Origin: an uncultured Bacteroidales bacterium
Lineage (GTDB): Bacteria > Bacteroidota > Bacteroidia > Bacteroidales > Muribaculaceae
NCBI GenBank assembly: GCA_947173955.1
Contig: CAMWHE010000004.1
Coordinates: 6,513-70,512 of the forward strand
Reading direction: 5' to 3'
Length of the DNA: 64,000 nucleotides
The number at the start of each line of letters is the position of its first letter. Position 1 is the stretch's first letter. Below the pieces are notes generated by a model that was given only the letters and a program-made list of their open reading frames with translations, did no database searches and had not been told where the DNA came from. The translations under genes were made by a program, and so were the position numbers. Shown here in pieces: positions 8,653 through 18,575 of the stretch.

Positions 8653-10031
8653 TGTTTTTTACTAAATCGTGAATCGATAGGTCGGATGTTCCTCATAGCC
8701 GGAGCAGATTTCGATGATTGCCCTTCGGGGAACGTAAACCGTATGCTTTTTACCTTGAATCTATCGCTATCAAGGTCATTATATATATGTGTCTTATATA
8801 AAGAGCTACTCTCCCATCGATCATCCTCTTCTGTTACGACAAAAAGAGGAAGTAAATTATCGCATTGCAAAATTACTCCTGTCGATTCTATTTGCGCGTA
8901 GCCCGGATGTTTAGCATAGACCGAATGTACCTGTCGGCCATCAGCATATTCGATATAAGCATCAAAAGATTTTATCTCAGCTGTATCAATATCACATGCA
9001 ATCTCTGATATAAAGCAAGGCTTTCTAAAGTCCAGTGTTATACAATCCTTTCCATTCTTCATTCTATAATAATCTTCAGAAATACGAAATTCACTTATCA
9101 GTTTCTCAATATGTTCCTGCGAAAAATCGACATCACATCCAACACGCATATTAATTGGTTTAAAAGCAGATGCCCGACTATACTGACGGCGTTTAAGATG
9201 CGAAACATTACATTTATAATCATCTAACTGCACAGTCGGGTGATTGACCTTTGACAAGTCTATATCAATATTCAGTACATAGTCATTATCATCCCCAAAA
9301 TGTTTTGCCGGAGTAAAATCATACAGAATTGAAAAAGAAGAGCTTAGATACCTATCAAAAAAAGCACACCCTGTAAACTCCTCCTCGGTATTCCTCTCGC
9401 GGATATATGAGTAATTTGTTTTTAAGCTCTCCAAACTTACAGAACCTCCAGCATAGACTTTATACTGGACATTCAGATCGACCTGTGCTTTCGGACCGAT
9501 TGACAGTTCTGTATAAAACCATCGACGGTTCACACCTTCGATAGGAATTGTATCACAAACGGTTGTCCCATCCCACTCATAGCTCTCTACATCAAAACCC
9601 GCCTCCTTTACACTTTCTTTTGAGACTCTAAAGGGGAGCTCTCGTCCGTCAAGTGAAAACGAGACATCCTTTATAAGCATTTCATTCCAGCCCAATTCAA
9701 ATAATGACTGAACATAATAGTGTGAACGGGTGTCATAAATCTCCTGCTCGTCGGCCACGAGATAATCTATGGGAAAGCCATAGTGCAGCTCAGGAAAATC
9801 TTTATCTGATTTATTCTTCAGTCGATACGTCACGTCAAAGCTGTTATAGCCGTCAATGTGAGAAATTTTGATTTTTTCGTCTATAATTTCAATTTCCGAG
9901 ACATCAAGGGGCTCGGGAACCGCAACGCGGTTGATTGAAGAATAGCGCAACACCGGGTCGCCATTGGCAAAGGCAGACAGACAGATTATCTGACTGAGGA
10001 ATATGTACAGAACTGTAGTTTTCAGATTCAT
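8649..10031 (-). CDS. Hypothetical secreted protein (460 aa, low GC)
   Basis: The N-terminus MNLKTTVLYIFLSQIICLSAFA is a signal peptide. It is a long uninterrupted ORF whose stop overlaps the GNAT start (ATGA). I recognise no family with confidence. Confidence 0.65.
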   Translation of the reverse strand: MNLKTTVLYIFLSQIICLSAFANGDPVLRYSSINRVAVPEPLDVSEIEIIDEKIKISHIDGYNSFDVTYRLKNKSDKDFPELHYGFPIDYLVADEQEIYDTRSHYYVQSLFELGWNEMLIKDVSFSLDGRELPFRVSKESVKEAGFDVESYEWDGTTVCDTIPIEGVNRRWFYTELSIGPKAQVDLNVQYKVYAGGSVSLESLKTNYSYIRERNTEEEFTGCAFFDRYLSSSFSILYDFTPAKHFGDDNDYVLNIDIDLSKVNHPTVQLDDYKCNVSHLKRRQYSRASAFKPINMRVGCDVDFSQEHIEKLISEFRISEDYYRMKNGKDCITLDFRKPCFISEIACDIDTAEIKSFDAYIEYADGRQVHSVYAKHPGYAQIESTGVILQCDNLLPLFVVTEEDDRWESSSLYKTHIYNDLDSDRFKVKSIRFTFPEGQSSKSAPAMRNIRPIDSRFSKKQ

Positions 10032-10144
10032 TGTTAATAAAATAAGTATATCCGATTAATGAGTCAGAGTTACAAATTTACAAAATTTGAGTCCATTGAG
10101 ATGAATTAATGATATAAAATTAAGCGGTTCACGCTGTTTTTTAC

Positions 10145-10152
10145 TAATTTTG
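10145..10152 (+). promoter_or_regulatory. Bacteroides-type -7 element (TAATTTTG) upstream of the MFS gene
   Basis: Exact TAnnTTTG match, 26 nt upstream of the ATG at 10178. Confidence 0.45.
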
Positions 10153-10177
10153 CGGTCAAAATCAAACAATCATTATC

Positions 10178-11671
10178 ATGACAGAAACAGTAAAACAGTA
10201 TCTCAACGACAAGATATGGGCGCGCTGGACAGCGCTGATACTCATCGCCTCGATGATGTTCTTCGCCTATATGTTTGTCGATGTAATGGCTCCGCTTAAG
10301 AGCCTTCTCGATCCGCAACTCGGATGGGACTCAACCGCTTACGGCACATACCGCTCATCGGAATATATTCTGAACGTCTGCGGATTTCTGATCGTAGCCG
10401 GCTTTATCCTCGACAAGATGGGAATCCGCTTCACGGGTGTTCTGTCGGCATCACTGATGGTAGTCGGCGCAGGTATAAAATTGTACGGTATCAGCGACGC
10501 TTTCCAGGGAACAGGCCTTGAGCACTGGCTCAACTCATGGTGGATCTCGATGCCGGCGAGTGCGAAGATGGCATCACTCGGCTTCATGATATTCGGATGT
10601 GGCTGTGAAATGGCGGGTACTACCGTATCAAAAGCAATCGCCAAGTGGTTCAAGGGCAAGGAAATGGCTCTTGCGATGGGGCTCGAAATGGCTATCGCGC
10701 GTCTGGGCGTATTCGCCATCTTCTCTATTTCACCGCTGATCGCCGACAAATTCGGCTCGGTAGTAGCACCGGTGGCATTCTGCACGGTTCTGCTCCTTAT
10801 CGGCCTGATATGCTTCTGCGTATTCTGTGTGCTCGACACGAAATTCGACCGGGAGCTTGGAGCTGCGGCTACGGAAGGCTCATCGGAAGACGAATTCAAG
10901 GCAAAGGACATCACAAAGATATTCTCAAGCCATATCTTCTGGGTGGTAGCGCTCCTGTGCGTGCTCTATTACTCGGCAATCTTCCCCTTCCAGGCCTACG
11001 GCGCTGAAATGCTTCAGTGCAATATCGGAAATATCTCAGCCAAAGAGGCGTCCGACATCTTCCGCTGGTTCCCGATCGGAGCAGCCGTCATCACGGTGTT
11101 CCTCGGCAACTTCCTCGATCGCCGTGGCAAGGGAGCCACTATGCTGATCTTCGGCGCTCTGCTTCTCATTGCGTGTCATCTGGTATTCGCGTTCCTCCTG
11201 CCGGCGACACACAGCAAAGTACTTGCCTACGCCACAATCGTAGTGCTCGGCGTATCGTTCGCCCTCGTACCTGCCGCTCTGTGGCCAAGCGTCCCCAAGA
11301 TCATCGAGGAGAAGGTGCTCGGAAGCGCTTACTGCCTGATATTCTGGGTGCAGAACATCGGCCTTTGCGCCGTGCCTCTGCTGATCGGCTATGTGCTCGA
11401 CTCCGTAAACGCGTCTAATCCCGTAGTACAGGGCGAACTGGCACAACTCGAAGCCTGGAAAGCTGCCGGCGCGGAAGCTCCGGAAGGGTTCTTCATCCAC
11501 TACAATTACACTATTCCGATGCTTATTTTCGCCTGCTTCGGAGTAATGGCTCTTATGCTTGCAATCTATCTGAAGGGTCTTGACAGAAAGCACCACTACG
11601 GTCTCGAACTGCCCAATATCCAGCCCAACACCAAGGCGGAAGCTGCCGAGGTAGAGGCCGCAGAAGAATAA
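10178..11671 (+). CDS. MFS transporter
   Basis: 497 aa with about 12 hydrophobic spans arranged as two 6-TM halves joined by a charged central loop. Confidence 0.8.
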   Translation: MTETVKQYLNDKIWARWTALILIASMMFFAYMFVDVMAPLKSLLDPQLGWDSTAYGTYRSSEYILNVCGFLIVAGFILDKMGIRFTGVLSASLMVVGAGIKLYGISDAFQGTGLEHWLNSWWISMPASAKMASLGFMIFGCGCEMAGTTVSKAIAKWFKGKEMALAMGLEMAIARLGVFAIFSISPLIADKFGSVVAPVAFCTVLLLIGLICFCVFCVLDTKFDRELGAAATEGSSEDEFKAKDITKIFSSHIFWVVALLCVLYYSAIFPFQAYGAEMLQCNIGNISAKEASDIFRWFPIGAAVITVFLGNFLDRRGKGATMLIFGALLLIACHLVFAFLLPATHSKVLAYATIVVLGVSFALVPAALWPSVPKIIEEKVLGSAYCLIFWVQNIGLCAVPLLIGYVLDSVNASNPVVQGELAQLEAWKAAGAEAPEGFFIHYNYTIPMLIFACFGVMALMLAIYLKGLDRKHHYGLELPNIQPNTKAEAAEVEAAEE

Positions 11672-11697
11672 CATTCACGACACATAGTCGACATAAC

Positions 11698-11727
11698 GGA
11701 GGCTGTATCTATAAGGGTACAGCCTCC
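11698..11727 (+). terminator. Hairpin downstream of the MFS gene
   Basis: 10-bp stem GGAGGCTGTA / TACAGCCTCC. The following T-tract is weak. Confidence 0.45.
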
Positions 11728-11877
11728 TGTGTGTCTGATATGATTTGGTCTATAAGAATCCCCATCGCTCATTATTTTAGAGAGTGAAAATTGATACTAT
11801 ATAATATTTTCCTGCAATAATTTTCCTTATATGGAATATTTATTATAACTTTGTGATACGATTAGTATTTTTCCCAA

Positions 11878-12218
11878 ATGGAAATTCACAAGAAATTCAA
11901 AGTAATAATCTCAGAAGAGGTTGATAAATTCCTCGACAACATTCCCAATAAAGCTAAAGCCAAAATATTCTACAATATCAATTTAGTAGTGGCCGGACAC
12001 GTAAATAAGGATTTATTTAAAAAAATTGACGGAACTGACCTATTGAATTCCGAACTCTATTTTCAGGTATTGCCTATAGATTACTGTCATTTTTCGATCC
12101 GGACGAGCAGGCACTAATCATCACTACTCACGGATTTATCAAGAAAACACAAAAAACACCTCTTAAAGAGATTGAAAAAGCAAAAGCTATTAGAAAAGAA
12201 TATTTCAAACAAAAGTGA
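11878..12218 (+). pseudogene. RelE/HigB-type (phage Gp49-like) toxin gene disrupted by a frameshift near 12040
   Basis: Frame 1 gives MEIHKKFKVIISEEVDKFLDNIPNKAKAKIFYNINLVVAGHVNKDLFKKIDGTD, then nonsense and a stop at 12117. From 12042 the -1 frame reads IEFRTLFSGIAYRLLSFFDPDEQALIITTHGFIKKTQKTPLKEIEKAKAIRKEYFKQK*. Joined, the two parts give a typical toxin of about 113 aa. Confidence 0.7.
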
Positions 12219-12225
12219 TAAAGCT

Positions 12226-12546
12226 ATGAAATTTTACACATTGGAAGAGATGACCGATAAACATATCGGCAAACGAGGAACTCCTGAACGGGAAAACTTT
12301 GAAGCTGAGGTAGAAGCAGCCTTGATAGGAGCCTCAATCAAGGAAGCGAGAAAGGCTAAGAATCTCACTCAAAAAGAACTTGGAGACAGGGTCGGAGTAC
12401 AATCTGCCCAAATATCCAAAATTGAAAGTGGACGCAATCTAACGATTTCTACCATTGTAAGAGTGCTGAAAGCTCTCGGGCTATCTGCCGATTTTTCTAT
12501 TCAAGGGCTAAAACCGATTCACCTGGGAGCCGGTTCAAAATTATAA
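12226..12546 (+). CDS. XRE-family HTH antitoxin (HigA-like)
   Basis: Contains the HTH NLTQKELGDRVGVQSAQISKIESGRN. It starts 8 nt after the toxin remnant. I chose the internal ATG at 12226 rather than the listed TTG at 12172. Confidence 0.75.
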   Translation: MKFYTLEEMTDKHIGKRGTPERENFEAEVEAALIGASIKEARKAKNLTQKELGDRVGVQSAQISKIESGRNLTISTIVRVLKALGLSADFSIQGLKPIHLGAGSKL

Positions 12547-12564
12547 TCAACCCATTTGAACTTC

Positions 12565-14976
12565 TCAGAAGTCAATCGAGAGGCGGACGTTGAGTTGGCG
12601 ACGCGTCAGATAGTTGGGGACGGCATACTGGATATTGTTGACATCGGTAATCCAGTAGTAGGAGCTGACATTGCTGATATCCAACAGATTGAAGACATCG
12701 ACTCCGAGCCATATTTCCTTGAATATCTTTCCGAGCCCGGAGCGTGAAGCGCCCTCGGACGGCGGAGTGAGAAGCGCATAGCTGAGTCCTATATCTACAC
12801 GCTTATAGGCAGGAGCACGGAAATAGCCTTTGTCGCGGCTGCCACGCGGCGGAGTAGTCGGAAGTCCGTCGGAGAGTATGCCACGCAGGCTGAACTTCAG
12901 CCGGGGCACTTTCGGGAAATAGTCCGTAAAATAGACGGCGAGATTATAGCGGCGATCGGTGGGTCGGGGTACATGGACGCCATTGAGCAACTCGTCGGTC
13001 TTCATCAGAGAAAAGCTTATCCATGAGTCTGTACCTGGGACAAACTGACCGAACAGCTTCAGATCGAGCCCCATAGTATATCCGTTTGACAGATTCTCGC
13101 CTGCATAAGTCAGCTTAAGATTGTCGATTTCATACGGAATCAGCCGATTAAGCTTCTTATAATAAGCTTCACCGGAAAGACGGAACGGACGGTTGAATGC
13201 CCGGAATGTGTAGTCGGCGCCAAGAATGAAGTGAATGCTCTGCTGGGCCTTGATGTCGCGGTTAAGGCGGATTACGGCATTATTGTCGGCGTCAAGCTCG
13301 GCAAGCCGATATTCCTTGTAGAAAGGTGACTGATAGTAGACACCGGTAGCGGCGCGGAATGTCCAGTGATTGTTGCGGTCAGGAATGAAGGCCACATTGG
13401 CTCGCGGACTAACAAGAAACTCCTTGTTGAAATCCCAATATGACATTCGCAGGCCGGCATTGATTACCCACAGACCGGCGCCCGACTGCAGGCGCCACGC
13501 ATCCTGCGCGAAGAATGACAGCCGGTTGGAGGAAATATCATGGCGCGATGTCAGCGAGTAGATCATACGGACATTTTCGCCGTCAGACGGCAGGGTGTAG
13601 CCGGCAGAGTCGCGCAACTCCCACTCGCGGGTGCGGTCATGGATCTGCTCATGGTTGAATGTCAGACCGTAAGAAATATTGTGATTGCTGATACCGAGAT
13701 TGCCTCTGAGACCGAGCGCCATCACTGACATTTTCAGACGGTTGCGTGCATGCTCATGATAGCGCCCTACACCGAGCTCACCGCCGATGGCACTTCCGCT
13801 GTCGCCGCCGCCCGACGTGCCGGCCTGGTCAAGCCAATACTCTCCCTGTATGTCATAGGCAACCAGCTCGTTGGTCAGATAGCCGGAGGCGAGGAGCGAG
13901 AACTGGGATGCCCTCGAATGACGGTAGTCGATACTGAGCGCGCCGAAATAGGTCTCGAACTTGTCCTTTTCATGACCGTCGAAAAAGACCTTGAACTGCT
14001 TGGCATCGTTCATCGTGCCGAATGTCGTGGTACGGCTCGCAGGGGCAAACTTGTAATCATTGACGGCAATGTTGCCCAGCAGCGATATCTTCCACCGGTC
14101 GGTAAGGCGGAACGTCATAGATGTCTGGTAATCAAAGAACGATGGGTCATATTCGCCTTTAGTATCCATCGAGCTGAGGAGTGATGAGTTCTTCTTGTAG
14201 CGGAGCCCGTGGAGTTGCGTAAAACGCTTGGAGCCCGTACCCAAGGCAACTGACGCACCCATCAGACTGAGTCCGACAGAGCCTTCAAATGCCTCGGGCT
14301 CGCGATATGTGATGTCGAGTACTGACGACATTCTGTCGGCATACTCTGCACCGTAACCGCCGGTAGAGAAGCCGATCGCTCCGACCATATTGGGATTGAT
14401 GATACTGAGACCCTCCTGCTGACCGCTCGTCACAAGCTGCGGACGATAGACCTCTATTCCATTGATATACACGCTATTTTCATCGAACGTACCGCCACGG
14501 ACAGAATATTGCGACGACATCTCGTTGCCGCTGCTGACACCGGCCATAGTCGATATCAGGGACTCCACACTGCCTCCACTCGCATCGGCCGCCAGCTTAT
14601 AGCTGTCTGAGGCGACTGACTGCATCTGCGATGTCTGCTTGCGGAAATCGGTCACCTCTACTTCGGTAAGGTCTAGGGTCTTGGATGCAAGGCGCACGTT
14701 AAGGGCTACATCGCCTTTGGCATCAACGAGCTGCTTGCGCTCCTCTTTGTAGCCTATACATGAGAATATGACATCGAGAGTATCGCGCTCGGCGACGGTC
14801 AGACTGTAACGACCGTCGATACCGGTCGATGTGCCGATGGCAGTCCCGCCTACCCGTACTGTAGCAAACTCAATGGGCTTATTCTCCCTGTCAGTCACAA
14901 GGCCATGGATATTCACCTGGGCATCAAGCGAATATGCAAGAACAGCAAAAAGCAGAAGATGATAAATGCGTTTCAT
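12565..14976 (-). CDS. TonB-dependent receptor with a carboxypeptidase-regulatory-like N-domain
   Basis: Has a signal peptide, HGLVTDRENKPIEFATVRV, a plug region (SVESLISTMAGVSS...SVRGG), and a C-terminal barrel ending in ...RLSIDF. Confidence 0.85.
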   Translation of the reverse strand: MKRIYHLLLFAVLAYSLDAQVNIHGLVTDRENKPIEFATVRVGGTAIGTSTGIDGRYSLTVAERDTLDVIFSCIGYKEERKQLVDAKGDVALNVRLASKTLDLTEVEVTDFRKQTSQMQSVASDSYKLAADASGGSVESLISTMAGVSSGNEMSSQYSVRGGTFDENSVYINGIEVYRPQLVTSGQQEGLSIINPNMVGAIGFSTGGYGAEYADRMSSVLDITYREPEAFEGSVGLSLMGASVALGTGSKRFTQLHGLRYKKNSSLLSSMDTKGEYDPSFFDYQTSMTFRLTDRWKISLLGNIAVNDYKFAPASRTTTFGTMNDAKQFKVFFDGHEKDKFETYFGALSIDYRHSRASQFSLLASGYLTNELVAYDIQGEYWLDQAGTSGGGDSGSAIGGELGVGRYHEHARNRLKMSVMALGLRGNLGISNHNISYGLTFNHEQIHDRTREWELRDSAGYTLPSDGENVRMIYSLTSRHDISSNRLSFFAQDAWRLQSGAGLWVINAGLRMSYWDFNKEFLVSPRANVAFIPDRNNHWTFRAATGVYYQSPFYKEYRLAELDADNNAVIRLNRDIKAQQSIHFILGADYTFRAFNRPFRLSGEAYYKKLNRLIPYEIDNLKLTYAGENLSNGYTMGLDLKLFGQFVPGTDSWISFSLMKTDELLNGVHVPRPTDRRYNLAVYFTDYFPKVPRLKFSLRGILSDGLPTTPPRGSRDKGYFRAPAYKRVDIGLSYALLTPPSEGASRSGLGKIFKEIWLGVDVFNLLDISNVSSYYWITDVNNIQYAVPNYLTRRQLNVRLSIDF

Positions 14977-15043
14977 ATCGATTATATAACGTCACTTTAA
15001 TAATAAAATTGCTTAATTGCTTTTAATCAACATTGATTTTTAG

Positions 15044-15051
15044 TACATTTG
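15044..15051 (+). promoter_or_regulatory. Bacteroides-type -7 element (TACATTTG) upstream of purH
   Basis: Exact TAnnTTTG match, about 40 nt upstream of the purH ATG. Confidence 0.4.
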
Positions 15052-15089
15052 CAAATCAAAATTATTCCTAAAGTCCATTTAAACACATC

Positions 15090-16616
15090 ATGTCACAGGT
15101 GAAAAAGATAAAGACCGCTCTTGTATCCGTCTATCATAAGGACGGACTCGATGAAATACTGAAAATGCTCAACGCCGACGGGGTAGAATTTCTCTCCACA
15201 GGCGGCACACGTTCATTCATTGAAAGCCTCGGCTATCCTTGCCAGGCAGTAGAAGACCTCACAGGTTATCCCTCGATTCTCGGCGGCCGCGTCAAGACTC
15301 TACACCCGAAAGTCTTCGGCGGCATCCTTAGCCGTCGCTCGCTTGAAGAGGACTGCAAGCAGACAGCACAGTATGAGATTCCCGAAATTGATCTCGTCAT
15401 AGTCGATCTCTATCCCTTTACCCAGACAGTGGAATCCGGAGCTGACGAAGCTGCCATCATCGAAAAAATCGACATAGGCGGCATATCGCTCATACGCGCC
15501 GCCGCCAAGAATTTCAACGATGTCATCATCGTAGCCTCCAAAGCCCAGTATCCTGTGCTGGCTGAAATGCTCCGCTCTCATGGAGCCACTAGCACGCTCG
15601 ACGAGCGCAAATATCTCGCAAAGGAAGCTTTCGCCGTCTCTTCCGGCTATGATACAGCGATCTTCAACTATTTCGATGCAGCTGAGGGCCCGTCGGCAAT
15701 GCGTGTGGCTCTCGACGGCGAAAAGAAGATGCGCTATGGCGAGAATCCTCATCAGCCCGGCTACTTCTTCGGCGATTTTGAAGCGATGTTCACCCAGCTC
15801 CACGGCAAGGAGATCTCCTACAACAACCTGCTTGACATTGATGCTGCTGTAGCTCTGTGCGCCGAATTCGACGCTCCGACCGTAGCCATTCTCAAGCACA
15901 ACAATGCGTGTGGCCTCGCTTCACGCGACACCCTGCTCCAGGCATGGATCGACGCACTCGCAGGCGACCCCGTATCGGCTTTCGGTGGTGTCATCATCTG
16001 CAACCGCCCCGTCGATGCCGCAACAGCCGAGGAGATGAACAAGATCTTCTTTGAGGTAGTCATAGCTCCCGAGTATTCCGACGAAGCACTCGCCATACTC
16101 GCGCAGAAGAAAAACCGCATCATCCTCATACAGAAACAGCCACTGAAGACCACACGCCAGTTCCGTTCAGTACTCAATGGTGCGCTGATGCAGCAGCGTG
16201 ACACCAAGGTTGTCAGCGAGGCTGACCTGACTGTCGTCACCAAGCGCACTCCGACTCAGGCACAGATTGCCGATATGCTATTTGCAAACAAGATCGTCAA
16301 GCACAGCAAGAGCAACGCCATCGTCCTTGCACGCGACGGCCAGCTGCTCGCAAGCGGTGTAGGCCAGACATCGCGCGTCGACGCCCTGCGCCAGGCAATA
16401 GCCAAAGCCAAATCGTTCGGCTTTGACCTCAAGGGTGCCGCAATGGCCTCCGACGCATTCTTCCCCTTCGCCGACTGTGTCGAGATAGCCCATGAGGCAG
16501 GCATCGAAGCTGTCATCCACCCCGGAGGCTCCATCCGCGACAATGATTCAATCGAATTCTGCGACGCCCACGACATGACTATGGTCAAGAGCGGCTTCCG
16601 CCACTTCAAGCACTAA
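15090..16616 (+). CDS. purH: Bifunctional AICAR transformylase / IMP cyclohydrolase
   Basis: The N-terminus ALVSVYHKDGL...STGGT, GGRVKTLHPKV, and the C-terminus ending in GFRHFKH all read as full-length PurH. Confidence 0.95.
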   Translation: MSQVKKIKTALVSVYHKDGLDEILKMLNADGVEFLSTGGTRSFIESLGYPCQAVEDLTGYPSILGGRVKTLHPKVFGGILSRRSLEEDCKQTAQYEIPEIDLVIVDLYPFTQTVESGADEAAIIEKIDIGGISLIRAAAKNFNDVIIVASKAQYPVLAEMLRSHGATSTLDERKYLAKEAFAVSSGYDTAIFNYFDAAEGPSAMRVALDGEKKMRYGENPHQPGYFFGDFEAMFTQLHGKEISYNNLLDIDAAVALCAEFDAPTVAILKHNNACGLASRDTLLQAWIDALAGDPVSAFGGVIICNRPVDAATAEEMNKIFFEVVIAPEYSDEALAILAQKKNRIILIQKQPLKTTRQFRSVLNGALMQQRDTKVVSEADLTVVTKRTPTQAQIADMLFANKIVKHSKSNAIVLARDGQLLASGVGQTSRVDALRQAIAKAKSFGFDLKGAAMASDAFFPFADCVEIAHEAGIEAVIHPGGSIRDNDSIEFCDAHDMTMVKSGFRHFKH

Positions 16617-16677
16617 GTCCCCCTACCCCGACGAGACACCATCACACATTAAAATAAACAATTAGCAACCGAATACA

Positions 16678-17697
16678 ATGAGATTATTCTCTCTGACTAA
16701 AGAAATAGCAATCGACCTCGGTACAGCCAATACCATCATCATCCATAATGACAAGATCGTCATCAACGAGCCCTCGATTGTTGCCCTCGACAAACGCACG
16801 GACAAGCTTATCGCCGTAGGTAAAGAAGCCAAGCAGATGGAGGGCAAGGAGCCCGACGGCATCCGCACCGTGCGCCCGCTGCGCAAAGGCGTCATCGCCG
16901 ACTTCACAGCGGCCGAGCTGATGATACGCGGCCTCGTGAAGAAGGCGAGCTCGAAGAGCAACTGGTTTTCACCCTCGCTCCGTATGGTTGTCGGCATCCC
17001 CTCCGGCTCATCTGAGGTAGAGATCCGTGCCGTACGCGACTCATCCGAACACGCCGGCGGCCGCGACGTCTATATGATTTACGAGCCGATGGCCGCCGCC
17101 CTCGGCATAGGCCTCGATGTCGAAGCGGCCGAAGGCAACATGATCGTCGACATAGGTGGCGGTACTACCGAAATTGCCGTGATCTCGCTGGGTGGCATCG
17201 TCAGCAACAAGAGCATCCAGATAGCAGGCGACGACCTTACAGAAGACATCCAGAATCATATGCGTCGGGCTCACAATGTCAGGGTAGGTCTACGTACAGC
17301 CGAACTGATCAAGATGAACGTCGGCTCGGCTCTTACCGAACTGGCCAACCCGCCTGAGGACTATGTAGTACACGGACCCAACCAGATGACCGCACTTCCG
17401 ATGGAAATTCCGGTATCATATCAGGAAGTGTCCCATTGCATAGAGAAATCCATCTCGAAGATCGAGGCTGCCGTGCTGAGCGCACTCGAGGAGACTCCCC
17501 CGGAGCTGTATGCCGACATCGTACGCAATGGTATCTGGCTTGCAGGCGGCGGCGCTCTTCTCCGTGGGCTCGACAAGCGTCTGACCGACAAAATCGGAAT
17601 TCCGTTCCATGTTGCCGAAGACCCGCTGCTCTCAGTGGCCAAAGGTACAGGCGTGGCACTCAAGCATATCAACACGTTCTCATTCCTTATCCGCTGA
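16678..17697 (+). CDS. mreB: Rod shape-determining protein MreB
   Basis: Actin-fold motifs IAIDLGTANT and DIGGGTTEIAVISLGG are present. Confidence 0.95.
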   Translation: MRLFSLTKEIAIDLGTANTIIIHNDKIVINEPSIVALDKRTDKLIAVGKEAKQMEGKEPDGIRTVRPLRKGVIADFTAAELMIRGLVKKASSKSNWFSPSLRMVVGIPSGSSEVEIRAVRDSSEHAGGRDVYMIYEPMAAALGIGLDVEAAEGNMIVDIGGGTTEIAVISLGGIVSNKSIQIAGDDLTEDIQNHMRRAHNVRVGLRTAELIKMNVGSALTELANPPEDYVVHGPNQMTALPMEIPVSYQEVSHCIEKSISKIEAAVLSALEETPPELYADIVRNGIWLAGGGALLRGLDKRLTDKIGIPFHVAEDPLLSVAKGTGVALKHINTFSFLIR

Positions 17698-17728
17698 CGA
17701 GAGCAAACTCCGTACTGACTGACTGTCA

Positions 17729-18571
17729 ATGCGTACACTGCTTAATTTCCTGGTAAAACATCGGGCGTGGTTTCTGTTTATATTCTACGCCGTGATCAGT
17801 CTGGGGTTGCTGTTTAAAAACAACCCCTACCAGAGACATGTCTATCTGACATCGGCATCGCATGTGACAGGCTCAGTCTACAAACTCAGCAACTCCGTAA
17901 CCGGCTATTTCAATCTGCGCGCAATCAACGACGACCTGCAACGCCAAAACGCCGAACTGAGCTCCGAACTGCTCGCCCTGCGTGATCAGGTGGATAAACT
18001 GACCCTCAAGGTCTACGGTGATTCGGTGCCCGCCATCGAGCCTGTCAGAAAATATGATTTCATTCTGGCAAAAGTAATCAATAACTCGATCTCGCGTCCG
18101 CACAACTATATAACTATAGACAAGGGCAGTCTTGACGGAGTCAGGCCGGAGATGGGAGTCATAGACCAGAACGGAGTGATTGGAGTTGTCGAAATAGTCA
18201 ATGACCGCTTCGCGCGCATCATATCGTTGCTCAACCCTGACTTCCGCCTGTCATGCAAAGTCAAGGGCAACGACATAATCGGCTCGCTTGTCTGGGACGG
18301 GAAAGACTCGCGGACAGCCCTCGTCGAAGAGCTGCCGAAGCACACGGTATTCGCACCGGGCGACACAATCGTGACCAGTGGCTTCTCGGCCATGTTCCCG
18401 CCTGATATTCCCGTTGCAACCGTCATCGAGCGCGCCACGACTAACGACGACAATTTCTACACGCTCCGCGTCAGGTTGCTGACGGAATTCGCGCAGTTAT
18501 CGACTGTAAGAATCGTGGTCAACTCCGACCTTAATGATATCAAGGAGATCGAAGCCAATATGAAACAATAG
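17729..18571 (+). CDS. mreC: Rod shape-determining protein MreC
   Basis: It follows mreB and has an N-terminal TM segment, a coiled coil (NDDLQRQNAELSSELLALRDQ) and an MreC beta domain. Confidence 0.85.
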   Translation: MRTLLNFLVKHRAWFLFIFYAVISLGLLFKNNPYQRHVYLTSASHVTGSVYKLSNSVTGYFNLRAINDDLQRQNAELSSELLALRDQVDKLTLKVYGDSVPAIEPVRKYDFILAKVINNSISRPHNYITIDKGSLDGVRPEMGVIDQNGVIGVVEIVNDRFARIISLLNPDFRLSCKVKGNDIIGSLVWDGKDSRTALVEELPKHTVFAPGDTIVTSGFSAMFPPDIPVATVIERATTNDDNFYTLRVRLLTEFAQLSTVRIVVNSDLNDIKEIEANMKQ

Positions 18572-18575
18572 ACCT

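Noticed and set aside
11878-12117. 79-aa ORF as an intact small gene
   Set aside because: Its last ~25 residues are nonsense, while the -1 frame continues as a canonical RelE/HigB C-terminus. I reinterpreted it as a frameshifted pseudogene or an assembly indel.
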